Below are positions 40,704 to 49,413 of a DNA stretch of 60,755 nucleotides, in pieces. The position numbers and the translations under genes were made by a program. The stretch is from an uncultured Gammaproteobacteria bacterium (lineage in GTDB: Bacteria; Patescibacteriota; Patescibacteriia; CAYZDG01): NCBI GenBank assembly GCA_964536515.1, contig CAZHXI010000001.1, positions 97,480-158,234 on the forward strand, written 5' to 3'. The notes below the pieces were generated by a model. The model made no database searches and was not told the origin of the DNA. It saw only the letters and a list, made by a program, of their open reading frames with translations. The first letter of the stretch is position 1, and each line of letters starts with the position of its first letter.

Positions 40704-42023
40704 ATGGAGCGTCCTTCCCTAGATACCATCGTATCGCTGTGCAAGCGGCGTGGGTTCGTGTACCCGTCGTCGGAGATGTACGGCGGGCTGGCCAACGCCT
40801 GGGACTACGGCCCGCTGGGCACGGCGCTGAAGAAGAACATTAAGGACGAGTGGTGGCGCCGCTTCGTTCAGGCGCGGCCGGACGTGGTGGGCATAGACGC
40901 GGCGCTGATTATGAACCCCAAGGTTTGGGAGGCCAGCGGCCACCTCAAGGAGTTCTCTGACCCCCTGGTGGAGTGCAAGGTGTGCCACCAGCGGTTCCGC
41001 GCCGACCACGCCGAGGTTATCCTGGAGCACGAGCACCAAGATTTCACCGAGCCGCAGCAGTTCAACATGATGATAAAGACGCACCTGGGCTCGGCCGAGA
41101 CCACGGCCAACGCCGTGTACTTCCGCCCCGAGACCGCGCAGGCGATGTTCGTAGACTTCAAGAGCGTGCTCACCACCACGCGTCGGCGGCTGCCCTTCGG
41201 CATCGCGCAGGTGGGCAAGGCCTTCCGCAACGAAATTACCCCGGGCCAGTTCATCTTCCGCACCCGCGAGTTCGAGCAGATGGAGATTGAGTACTTCAGC
41301 AAGCCGGGGGAGTGGGAGCAGCACTTCGAGCACTGGCTGGCCGAGATGAAGCGCTGGTTGAAAGACCTGGGGGTAGCCGACGAGCGGCTGCACTTCGTGG
41401 AGATCGCCGACGGCGACCGCGCCCACTACTCCAAGCGTACGGTTGATGTGGAGTACGACTACCCGTTCGGGCAGAAGGAGCTGTACGGCATCGCCTACCG
41501 CGGCGACTTCGACCTGGCCAGCCACCAGGCCGCCAGCGGGCAAGACCTGCAGTACGTAGACCCCGAGACGAACGAGAAGCTGCTGCCGCACGTCATCGAG
41601 CCGACGTGGGGCGTAGACCGCTCCATCCTGGTCGCGATGCTGGAGGCCTACCACGAGGAGGATGCGCCGACGGCCGAGGAGGGCGAGACGGACAGGAGGA
41701 TTGTGCTGAAGTTCCCGTACTGGCTGGCGCCGTTCAAGGCGGCGGTGCTGCCGCTCTCCAAGAAGCTGGCCGAGCCGGCGCAGAAGCTGCGCGACGAGCT
41801 TGCCCAGCGGTTCGCCTGCGACTACGACGAGACCCAGAGCATCGGCAAGCGCTACCGGCGCCAGGACGAAATCGGCACGCCGTTCTGCGTTACGTTCGAC
41901 TTCGAGACCGAAGCCGACGGCAAGGTTACCATTCGCGAGCGAGACACCATGGAGCAGGTGCGCATTCCGATAGCGGACGTGGCGGCCTGGATCAGCGAAC
42001 GCGTATGGCCTCCCCGAAGGTAA
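40704..42023 (+). CDS. glyQS: Glycine--tRNA ligase (single-chain class II)
   Basis: 'LCKRRGFVYPSSEMYGGLANAWDYGPLG', 'FRNEITPGQFIFRTREFEQMEIEYF' and 'IEPTWGVDRS'. The ATG at 40704 lies within the track ORF. Confidence 0.93.
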   Translation: MERPSLDTIVSLCKRRGFVYPSSEMYGGLANAWDYGPLGTALKKNIKDEWWRRFVQARPDVVGIDAALIMNPKVWEASGHLKEFSDPLVECKVCHQRFRADHAEVILEHEHQDFTEPQQFNMMIKTHLGSAETTANAVYFRPETAQAMFVDFKSVLTTTRRRLPFGIAQVGKAFRNEITPGQFIFRTREFEQMEIEYFSKPGEWEQHFEHWLAEMKRWLKDLGVADERLHFVEIADGDRAHYSKRTVDVEYDYPFGQKELYGIAYRGDFDLASHQAASGQDLQYVDPETNEKLLPHVIEPTWGVDRSILVAMLEAYHEEDAPTAEEGETDRRIVLKFPYWLAPFKAAVLPLSKKLAEPAQKLRDELAQRFACDYDETQSIGKRYRRQDEIGTPFCVTFDFETEADGKVTIRERDTMEQVRIPIADVAAWISERVWPPRR

Positions 42024-43285
42024 CGGTCTTCGACGACGGCCTTAAGCTGGTGGTGGCGCCCATCCGCGGCACCGGCACCGTGACGGTGGACGCCTTCGTC
42101 GGCGTGGGCTCGCGGCACGAGACGCCAGCAGACAGCGGCATCTCGCACTTCCTGGAGCACCTGGTGTTCAAGGGCACGGCCCGCCGCCCCAGCGCGCAGA
42201 TCCTCACCGAGGAGCTGGACGGCGTGGGCGGCTCGTACAACGCCTACACCGCCAAGGACCGCACCTGCTTCTACGTCAAGCTGCCGGCTGAGCACCTGGC
42301 TCTGGGCATCGACATAATCGCCGACATGGTCACCCGGCCGCTGCTGCCGCCGGCGGAGGTTGAGCGCGAGCGCGGCGTGGTTCTGGAGGAGATAAACATG
42401 TACGACGACAACCCCATGATGCTCATAGACGAGCTGGCGGAGGACGAGCAGTTCAAAGGCCACGCCCTGGGGCAGCGCATCATCGGCCCGGCCGAGAACA
42501 TTCGCACCAACATTACCCGCGAGATGGTGGCGGAGCACCACGCCCGGCACTACCGGCCGGACCGCTGCGTGGTGGTGGTTACCGGCCGCTGCAAGCCAGA
42601 AGAGGTCGTGGCAATGGTCCGCAAGCACTTCACCTTTCCGTCCGCAGATGCGGCTACCCCCGCGGCTGCCGAGCCGTTCACCTTCACCCAGAAGGAGCCG
42701 CGGCTGCTGGTGCAGCACCGTGATGTTGAGCAGATTAACCTCGCCCTGGCCTTCCCGGGCGTGGGCATGTCCAGCCGCTCCAGCGCCGCCGCCCACGTCC
42801 TCGCGACCATGCTGGGCGGCACCATGAGCTCGCGCCTGTTCCACGAGGTCCGCGAGCGGCTGGGGCTGTGCTACTCCATTAGCGCCAGCCACAGCAGCCT
42901 GGCTGAGGTCGGCACGTTCAACGTGTCCGCCGGCCTGGAGCGTTCGCGAATCGCCGAGGCGCTCACCGTCATCCGCCGCATCCTGGACGATGCCGTCGCC
43001 AACCCGCCGTCCGAAGCCGAGCTGCAGCGGACCGTTACGAACATGGTCGGCCGCATCGCCATGAAGGTGGAGGACAGCGCCAGCTTGGCGGACTGGCTGG
43101 GCACGGGCATGACGGTAACCGGAGAGCTGCAGACGCCCAGCCGCCGCGTGGCCGTGCTGAAGCGGGTTACGGCCAAGCAGGTCCACCGCGTGGCCAGGCA
43201 GCTGCTGGACTGGCGCCGCGCCTGCCTGGCGCTCATCGGCCCGGTGGAGGACGAGGCGGCGATCCGCAGGATCCTCCAGCCCTAG
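42005..43285 (+). CDS. M16-family (pitrilysin-like) zinc peptidase
   Basis: 'GISHFLEHLVFKGT' (HxxEH). The ATG at 42005 is in frame within track ORF 41606..43285. It overlaps the glyQS end by 19 nt. Confidence 0.85.
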   Translation: MASPKVTVFDDGLKLVVAPIRGTGTVTVDAFVGVGSRHETPADSGISHFLEHLVFKGTARRPSAQILTEELDGVGGSYNAYTAKDRTCFYVKLPAEHLALGIDIIADMVTRPLLPPAEVERERGVVLEEINMYDDNPMMLIDELAEDEQFKGHALGQRIIGPAENIRTNITREMVAEHHARHYRPDRCVVVVTGRCKPEEVVAMVRKHFTFPSADAATPAAAEPFTFTQKEPRLLVQHRDVEQINLALAFPGVGMSSRSSAAAHVLATMLGGTMSSRLFHEVRERLGLCYSISASHSSLAEVGTFNVSAGLERSRIAEALTVIRRILDDAVANPPSEAELQRTVTNMVGRIAMKVEDSASLADWLGTGMTVTGELQTPSRRVAVLKRVTAKQVHRVARQLLDWRRACLALIGPVEDEAAIRRILQP

Positions 43286-43304
43286 GTGGTATAATTCAAG
43301 ACGT

Positions 43305-44324
43305 ATGCCAGAGCGAAGGATTATCACCATTTCAACGGGCACCATCGTGCGCGTGCTGGCCGTCCTGCTCGGCCTAGCCTTCCTGTACCTCATCCGAGAC
43401 GTGCTGGCCCTGGTGCTGGTGGCCTGGCTGCTGGCGACGGCCTTCTCTCCCTCGGTCAACTGGCTCCACCGCATCGCCCGCATTCCGCGGCCGCTGGGCC
43501 TAGCTGCCATGTACGGCCTCATCGGCGGCATCGTTGCATTGGTCGTGCTGCTGTTCAGCCCCATCGTGGCCGAGCAGTTCAAGCAGCTCGTTACCGCGCT
43601 GCCGCACTACATGGACGAGCTCAGCCGCTGGTGGCTCAGCTTCACCGGCACCGCGGCGCAGCTGCCGGACCTGGGCAACTTGGCCGGTGCACAGGGCTTC
43701 GCCGGCAACCTGCTCGCCACGGTGTTCGGCGTGTTCAGCGCCGTGCTGGCCACGCTGCTGGTCATCGTCCTCTCGTTCTACTTCATCGCCGAGGAGACCA
43801 GCATCCGTAAGCTGGTCAGCGCGCTGGTGCCCCCCTCGTCTGCTCTGGATGTTACGCAGCTCATCACCCGCATCCAGGGGCGGCTGGGGCTGTGGCTCCG
43901 CGGCCAGCTGGTGCTCGCCGTGGTCGTGGGCGTACTGGTCTACGTCGGCCTAGCTATCATCGGGGTTAAGTACGCCCTGCTCCTGGCGCTGCTGGCTGCG
44001 GTCATGGAGATCGTGCCGTTCGTCGGCCCAACCATCAGCGGCGCGGTGGCCGTCCTGCTGGTAATGGCCTCGGGAGCTCCGACTGCCGTCGTCCTGCTGG
44101 TGGTCGGCCTGTACGTGCTGGTGCAGCAGCTGGAGAACAACATTATCTCTCCCAAGATTCTGGGCAGCAGCGTGGAGATAAACCCGCTCATCGTCATTAT
44201 CGCCGTGCTGGTGGGGGCCAAGGTAGCCGGCGTCATCGGCGCCCTGCTGGCCGTGCCCGTGGCTGCGCTGCTGGCAGAGGTGGCCAAGGAAGTCTGGGCG
44301 CGGCGCCCGTCGTCCGGTGGCTAG
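43305..44324 (+). CDS. AI-2E family transporter (PerM/UPF0118)
   Basis: Polytopic protein with 'ISPKILGSSVEINPLIVIIAVLVGAKVAGVIGALLAVP'. Confidence 0.8.
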   Translation: MPERRIITISTGTIVRVLAVLLGLAFLYLIRDVLALVLVAWLLATAFSPSVNWLHRIARIPRPLGLAAMYGLIGGIVALVVLLFSPIVAEQFKQLVTALPHYMDELSRWWLSFTGTAAQLPDLGNLAGAQGFAGNLLATVFGVFSAVLATLLVIVLSFYFIAEETSIRKLVSALVPPSSALDVTQLITRIQGRLGLWLRGQLVLAVVVGVLVYVGLAIIGVKYALLLALLAAVMEIVPFVGPTISGAVAVLLVMASGAPTAVVLLVVGLYVLVQQLENNIISPKILGSSVEINPLIVIIAVLVGAKVAGVIGALLAVPVAALLAEVAKEVWARRPSSGG

Positions 44325-45048
44325 CAGCCTTCGCCAAGGCTTCGGCTCGCCGAGGCTCGGAACACTGCTCGTCGTCGCCACGCCGCTGGGGAACGTGGAG
44401 GACTGCAGCCCGCGCGGCCGGGAGGCTCTGGCGTCCGCCGACGCCGTGCTGTGCGAGGACACCCGCCGAACGGGCGTGCTGCTGAAGGCGCTCGGTACCT
44501 CGGCCAAGAAGCTGATCAGCTACCACCAGCACTCCACGCTATCGCGCGTCGATCAGATCGTGGCGATGCTAAAGGCGGGCCAGACGTTGGCGCTGGTTAC
44601 AGACGCCGGCACGCCGGGCATAAGCGACCCCGGCAATATGCTGGTGCGTGCCGTGCGCGAGCAGCTGGGCGACGACGTAGCCATCAGCCCCATTCCCGGT
44701 CCGTCAGCCCTCGCCGCGCTGGCGTCCGTGAGCGGCATGCACACAGATAGCTTCCTGTTCCTCGGCTTTTTGCCGCACAAGAAGGGCCGGCAGACGCTGG
44801 TTAAGCAAATTGCCGCGTCCGAGCAGACCGTATTCCTGTACGAGTCTGTCCACCGCATAGGTAAGCTTCTGGCCGAGCTGCAGGCAGCCTGCGGCGCGGA
44901 TAGGTACGTTGTGGTCGGCCGCGAGCTGACCAAGAAGTTCGAGCACGTCTACGCCGGCCAGCTGGGCGACGTGGCTACCCGCGTCGCCGCCGACCCCGTG
45001 AAGGGGGAGTACGTGGTGGCGGTTGCCGGAGCGAGCCGTAAGCGGTAG
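44317..45048 (+). CDS. rsmI: 16S rRNA (cytidine-2'-O)-methyltransferase RsmI
   Basis: 'LLVVATPLGNVEDCSPRGREALASADAVLCEDTRRTGVLL' and 'TDAGTPGISDPG'. Confidence 0.85.
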   Translation: MASSLRQGFGSPRLGTLLVVATPLGNVEDCSPRGREALASADAVLCEDTRRTGVLLKALGTSAKKLISYHQHSTLSRVDQIVAMLKAGQTLALVTDAGTPGISDPGNMLVRAVREQLGDDVAISPIPGPSALAALASVSGMHTDSFLFLGFLPHKKGRQTLVKQIAASEQTVFLYESVHRIGKLLAELQAACGADRYVVVGRELTKKFEHVYAGQLGDVATRVAADPVKGEYVVAVAGASRKR

Positions 45049-45060
45049 GGTTGCGGCACT

Positions 45061-46503
45061 ATGGAGCGCCGCTACGTAACCACCCCCATCTACTACGTCA
45101 ACGACGTGCCGCACATCGGCCACGCCTACACCACCGTGGCTGCGGACGTGGACGTGCGGGCAAGCCGTAGGGCGCTGGGCGAGGGCAACGTTCGCTTCCT
45201 CACCGGCACCGACGAGCACGGCACCAAGATCGCCAAGGCAGCAGAGGCTGCGGGGGTTCCCACGCAGCAGTTCGTAGATAAGAATGCCGCGGTCTTCCAG
45301 GATGCGTGGAAGCTGCTGAATATTTCCAACGACGACTTCATCCGCACAACCGAGCCGAGGCACGTAGCTGCTGTGCAGCAGATCCTACGTCAGCTGCGAG
45401 CGGCTAAGGCGCCGGACGGCAAGGATGCGGTGTACGAGGCAGAGTACGAGGGGCTGTACTGCAGCGGCTGCGAGAAGTTCCTGCTCTCGTCTGAACTAGT
45501 AGACGGCCAGTGCCCAGACCACAAGCGGGCGCCGGAGATACTGAAGGAGAAGAACTGGTTCTTCCGCCTGGGCGCGTACCTGGGCCAGGTGGAGGCAGCC
45601 GTGAACGATGGAACCATCAAGATTGTCCCCGAGCGGCGGAAGAACGAGGTACTCGGCCTAATTCAGCAGCTACGCGAGACTTCGAACGGCGGCGACTTCT
45701 CCATCTCGCGTGAGTCAGTTACCTGGGGTGTTGATTTGCCGGATGAGTATGGCTCCTCAAATCAAAAGACGTACGTTTGGGTCGATGCCCTTTCCAACTA
45801 CATCACCGCACTTGGCTACGGGTCTGCAGACGATGCGCTGTTCAAGAAGTTCTGGGCAGACGAATCTAGCCACGTCGTGCACTACCTAGCGCAGGACATC
45901 CTCAAGTTCCACGCGGTGTACTGGCCGGCAATTCTGCTCGCCCTCTTCGGCAAGCTCCGACCATTGGAGCTGCGCATCCACGGCTACTTCACCATTGCCG
46001 GCGAGAAGATGTCGAAGTCATTGGGTAACGCCATTCCTCCCAAGCAGCTCGTGGATAGGTACGGGGTGGATGCTACGCGCTGGCTGCTCGCCACCGGCTT
46101 CCCGTTCGGCAGCGAGAGCGACATTAGCCTGGCTAAGTTCGACGAGCGCTTCACCGCCGAGCTGGCGAACCTGCTGGGCAACCACGCCAGCCGGGTAACG
46201 GACCTCATCGCCAAGTTCGCCGGCGGCTCGCTGGAGGGAACGGGCGAGCCATCCGACGAGCCCATTCTGCAGCAGTTGCACACTGACAGCGTCTACTTGC
46301 AGGAGCAGAAGCCCTGGCTGCTGGTTAAGAATGATCCAGCGGCTGCTGCTGCCGTAGTCAACAAGGTTGGCCTGCGCCTCCGCGACTCTATTCTTCCCGC
46401 CGTTGCACCGATTATGCCGGAGTCGGCGGCGAAGATAGCCGCGGCGCTGTCTGCGAATCCCGTCGTCAAACTGGAGCCCCTGTTCCCGCGGTTGGAGATC
46501 TGA
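45061..46503 (+). CDS. metG: Methionine--tRNA ligase
   Basis: HIGH motif 'PHIGHAYT', KMSKS motif 'KMSKSLGN' and a Zn knuckle 'CSGCEKF...CPDH'. Confidence 0.92.
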   Translation: MERRYVTTPIYYVNDVPHIGHAYTTVAADVDVRASRRALGEGNVRFLTGTDEHGTKIAKAAEAAGVPTQQFVDKNAAVFQDAWKLLNISNDDFIRTTEPRHVAAVQQILRQLRAAKAPDGKDAVYEAEYEGLYCSGCEKFLLSSELVDGQCPDHKRAPEILKEKNWFFRLGAYLGQVEAAVNDGTIKIVPERRKNEVLGLIQQLRETSNGGDFSISRESVTWGVDLPDEYGSSNQKTYVWVDALSNYITALGYGSADDALFKKFWADESSHVVHYLAQDILKFHAVYWPAILLALFGKLRPLELRIHGYFTIAGEKMSKSLGNAIPPKQLVDRYGVDATRWLLATGFPFGSESDISLAKFDERFTAELANLLGNHASRVTDLIAKFAGGSLEGTGEPSDEPILQQLHTDSVYLQEQKPWLLVKNDPAAAAAVVNKVGLRLRDSILPAVAPIMPESAAKIAAALSANPVVKLEPLFPRLEI

Positions 46504-46512
46504 AACCAGCTA

Positions 46513-46601
46513 TTCATTGCGAGCGCAACGTAGTGGAGTGAAGCAATCACCTCAGTAAAGGGGGAGATTGCTTCATTTCGCTGCGCTCCATTCGCAATGA
46601 G
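46513..46601. repeat. CATTGCGAG...GCAATC / GATTGC...CGCAATG hairpin repeat, copy a
   Basis: TTCATTGCGAGCGCAACG..GAAGCAATC-loop-GATTGCTTCATTTCGCTGCGCTCCATTCGCAATGA. It belongs to the same family as 48166-48274, 54963-55073 and the split copy around 51309-51608. Confidence 0.7.
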
Positions 46602-46675
46602 TAGCCTAATTCTAGGACCGGATGTATTCTATTTTCTAGATTCCCAGTCCTAAGTCCTCCGTCCTCAGTCCTACC

Positions 46676-47260
46676 ATGACCATCCTAGACATTGTCGTCG
46701 TCCTCATCCTGGCGGTGTTCTTCTTCAAGGGTTTCAGCCTGGGGCTCGTTCGGGCGGTGGGAACCTTCATCGGCCTCATCGTTGGCCTGTGGCTAGCCGG
46801 CCGCTACTACGAGGCCATGGGCGGCTGGCTGGTGGGCTGGGGCCTGCCCGAGGCGTTCAGCGCTGCGGCTGGGTACATTGCCACGTTCATTGCGGCGGTG
46901 TGGGCCGTATCGCTGCTGGTGTGGATGGCAGACCGCGTGTTCAAGTTCCTGGCCATCATCCCGGGAATGAAGCTGGCGAACAACGTGCTGGGCGGCGTGC
47001 TGCTGCTCATCGTCGGCACCATCGTCGTCGGAGTAGTGCTGTACGTGGCTGGGCAGTTCAGCGCGCCGGGCAGCGGCACCAAGCAGGCGCTGGAGAAGGC
47101 CCGCGTGGCCCCGCTGGTTACGGCGGCAGCGTGGGTGGCGGCGCCGCTCATTCCGACCGCAATCGAGCAGTACCAGCGCGTGGCGCCGGCAGCGGATGAG
47201 ATGATGCCGACGGCGGACGACATAGGGAACCTGCCCACGCCGTGGGGCGTGTCGAGGTAG
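46676..47260 (+). CDS. cvpA: CvpA-family membrane protein
   Basis: The N-terminus 'ILDIVVVLILAVFFFKGFSLGLVRAVGTFIGLIVGLWLA' and four TM helices are typical of the colicin V production protein family. Confidence 0.6.
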   Translation: MTILDIVVVLILAVFFFKGFSLGLVRAVGTFIGLIVGLWLAGRYYEAMGGWLVGWGLPEAFSAAAGYIATFIAAVWAVSLLVWMADRVFKFLAIIPGMKLANNVLGGVLLLIVGTIVVGVVLYVAGQFSAPGSGTKQALEKARVAPLVTAAAWVAAPLIPTAIEQYQRVAPAADEMMPTADDIGNLPTPWGVSR

Positions 47261-47262
47261 GG

Positions 47263-47350
47263 GTCGTTTGTCGGAAATTCGTTTGTCGAGGAGTCGAGCT
47301 ACTACTATGTCCCGCATTTTCGACCAACGAATAACGACCAACGAATAACG
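47263..47350. repeat. Inverted CGAnnAA-heptad cassette, copy 3 (no cargo)
   Basis: The left arm is 47263-47290 (GTCGTTTGTCGGAAATTCGTTTGTCGAG). The right arm is 47319-47350 (TTCGACCAA CGAATAA CGACCAA CGAATAA CG) and abuts the tatD ATG. Confidence 0.75.
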
Positions 47351-48163
47351 ATGATCTACGACAGCCACTGCCACCCCCACTTCGGGGACTACGCCGGCGA
47401 CCGCGACCAGGTGCTGGCGCGCTGCCTGCAGCACGGCATCGGCCTGGTCGCCGTGGGTACCAACCTGCGCGATAGCCAGGCTGCGGTAGATTTGGCCAGC
47501 CGCTACTCGCACGTGTGGGCCAGCGTGGGCCTGCACCCCAGCAGCGTGTACGACGAGGCGTTCAGCGTCCCCGCGTTCCGCAAGCTGTTCGGCCCGCGCG
47601 TCGTCGCGGTGGGCGAGACGGGGCTGGACTACTTCCATACCGAGGAGGCGTCCGTTACGACCGAGGAGCTGTTCGCCAAGCAGGTAGAGGTGTTCAAGGA
47701 GCACATCGCCCTGGCTCGGTCTAAGGACGTGCCGCTCATCCTGCACATCCGCAACGCGCGTCCGGTTGCCGGAGCTGACCGTCCGGCCGCATCGGCCTAC
47801 GCCGACGCGCTGTCTATTCTGCGCCGGCACCGCTGGCACCGCGGCGTGGTTCACTGCTTCGGCGGCACGCCGGAGGAGGCCAAGGCCTTTGCCGCTGCGG
47901 GGTTCTGCATCGGGTTCACCGCCAACGTTACCTACCCCAAGAACGACTGGCTGGTAGCGATTGCCGCCAGCCTGCCGCTGGACCGCATCCTAGTGGAGAC
48001 AGATAGCCCCTACCTGGCGCCGCAGGCAACACGCGGCAAGCGTAATGATCCATCGAACGTGGTTGAAGTCATAAAGAAGATCGCCGCTGCCCGCGGCATG
48101 CACTACGACGAGCTAGCCAAGGCCACGGCCGACAACGCGCGAAAATTGTTCGGCATTAACTAA
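47351..48163 (+). CDS. tatD: TatD-family metal-dependent hydrolase
   Basis: 'MIYDSHCHP', 'GETGLDY', 'LILHIRNA' and 'VETDSPYLAP'. Confidence 0.9.
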   Translation: MIYDSHCHPHFGDYAGDRDQVLARCLQHGIGLVAVGTNLRDSQAAVDLASRYSHVWASVGLHPSSVYDEAFSVPAFRKLFGPRVVAVGETGLDYFHTEEASVTTEELFAKQVEVFKEHIALARSKDVPLILHIRNARPVAGADRPAASAYADALSILRRHRWHRGVVHCFGGTPEEAKAFAAAGFCIGFTANVTYPKNDWLVAIAASLPLDRILVETDSPYLAPQATRGKRNDPSNVVEVIKKIAAARGMHYDELAKATADNARKLFGIN

Positions 48164-48165
48164 TC

Positions 48166-48274
48166 ACGTCATTGCGAGCGACCTCGGCGGAGCCGGGGGA
48201 GCGTGGCAATCGTCCCGCTCAAGCGGATTGCCACGTCATCCGCCGCTGGTGCGGCGTCCTCCTCGCAATGACGT
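48166..48274. repeat. CATTGCGAG hairpin repeat, copy b (probably also the tatD terminator)
   Basis: The outer stem ACGTCATTGCGAG/CTCGCAATGACGT is a perfect 13 bp. The inner stem CGTGGCAATC/GATTGCCACG is a perfect 10 bp. It is followed by GGTTTTTTCT. Confidence 0.8.
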
Positions 48275-48325
48275 GGTTTTTTCTGGTCTTGCCCACGCCG
48301 CCTAGCCTAGCTAAACTCTAGCCCT

Positions 48326-49372
48326 ATGGAAGCCGCCCTCATCGTCGCCGTCATTGTGCTGGGTGGGGTGGCTATTTGGCTGGTCCTGCGCCGTCCGTCT
48401 GCTGCTCCGGCTGCCGACCAGGGCCAGGCCATGCTGATGCTGCAGAACCAGATCGCCGAGATTAACAAGACGCTGGATTCCAAGCTGGGTGAGTCTACCC
48501 GGCTGATGGTTACCCAGCACGGCCAGTCCAGCAAGATAATCCAGGACATAACCGAGCGGCTGACAAAGCTGGACGAGACCAACCGGCAGGTGGTGGGCTT
48601 CGCCGACCAGCTGAAGAACCTGCAGGACATCCTGAAGAACCCCAAGCAGCGCGGCGTGCTGGGCGAGTTCTACCTCGAGACGGTGCTGCAGAACGTGCTG
48701 CCGCCCAAGAGCTTCCAGATGCAGTACGCCTTCAAGAACGGCGAGATAGTAGACGCCGTGGTGTTCGTCAAAGACAAGGTCATCCCCGTTGACTCAAAGT
48801 TCTCGCTGGAGAACTACCAGCGCATCCTGGCTACCAACGATCCCGCCGAGCGTGAGCGACTGGAGAAGCTGTTCAAGCAGGACCTGAAGAACCGCATCGA
48901 CGAGACGTCCAAGTACATCCGTCCGGCCGAGGGCACCATGGACTTCGCCTTCATGTTCATTCCGTCCGAGGCGATCTACTACGACCTGCTCATCAACAAG
49001 GTGGGCGCGGTGCAGATCTCTACGCAGGACCTAATTACCTACGCCTTCAACGACCGGCACGTCATCATCGTCTCGCCCACGTCGTTCCTGGCCTACCTGC
49101 AGACGGTGCTGCAGGGGCTGCGCGCGATGCAGATAGAGGAGTCGGCCAAGGAAATCCGCAAGAACGTAGAGGCGCTGGGCCGGCACATCGTTACCTACGA
49201 TACCTACCTGCAGAAGCTGGGCAGCAACCTGGGCACCACGGTGAACATGTACAACTCGGCGTCCGCTGAATTCAAGAAGATAGACAAGGATGTAATGCGT
49301 ATTACAGGCGGCGAGTCGAAGGTGGAGCCGGTGCTGCTGGAGAAGCCGAAGCTGGGCGAGGCGGGGGAGTAG
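48326..49372 (+). CDS. rmuC: DNA recombination protein RmuC
   Basis: N-terminal TM and coiled coil. 'VDAVVFVKDKVIPVDSKF' and 'DFAFMFIPSEAIYYDL' are typical RmuC motifs. Confidence 0.85.
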   Translation: MEAALIVAVIVLGGVAIWLVLRRPSAAPAADQGQAMLMLQNQIAEINKTLDSKLGESTRLMVTQHGQSSKIIQDITERLTKLDETNRQVVGFADQLKNLQDILKNPKQRGVLGEFYLETVLQNVLPPKSFQMQYAFKNGEIVDAVVFVKDKVIPVDSKFSLENYQRILATNDPAERERLEKLFKQDLKNRIDETSKYIRPAEGTMDFAFMFIPSEAIYYDLLINKVGAVQISTQDLITYAFNDRHVIIVSPTSFLAYLQTVLQGLRAMQIEESAKEIRKNVEALGRHIVTYDTYLQKLGSNLGTTVNMYNSASAEFKKIDKDVMRITGGESKVEPVLLEKPKLGEAGE

Positions 49373-49376
49373 AAGA

Positions 49377-49404
49377 AACGCCAGCCCGGTTCGGGGCTGG
49401 CGTT
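49377..49404. terminator. Bidirectional hairpin AACGCCAGCCC-GGTTCG-GGGCTGGCGTT
   Basis: 11-bp stem between convergent rmuC and ORF 49414..50055. Confidence 0.7.
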
Positions 49405-49413
49405 GCGTTGCGA

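Noticed and set aside
41606-42004. N-terminal 133 aa of track ORF 41606..43285, and likewise the N-terminal extensions of 40638.., 52721.., 25774.., 10056.. and 23970...
   Set aside because: These extensions overlap the 3' ends of upstream genes out of frame. Internal ATGs give canonical N-termini.
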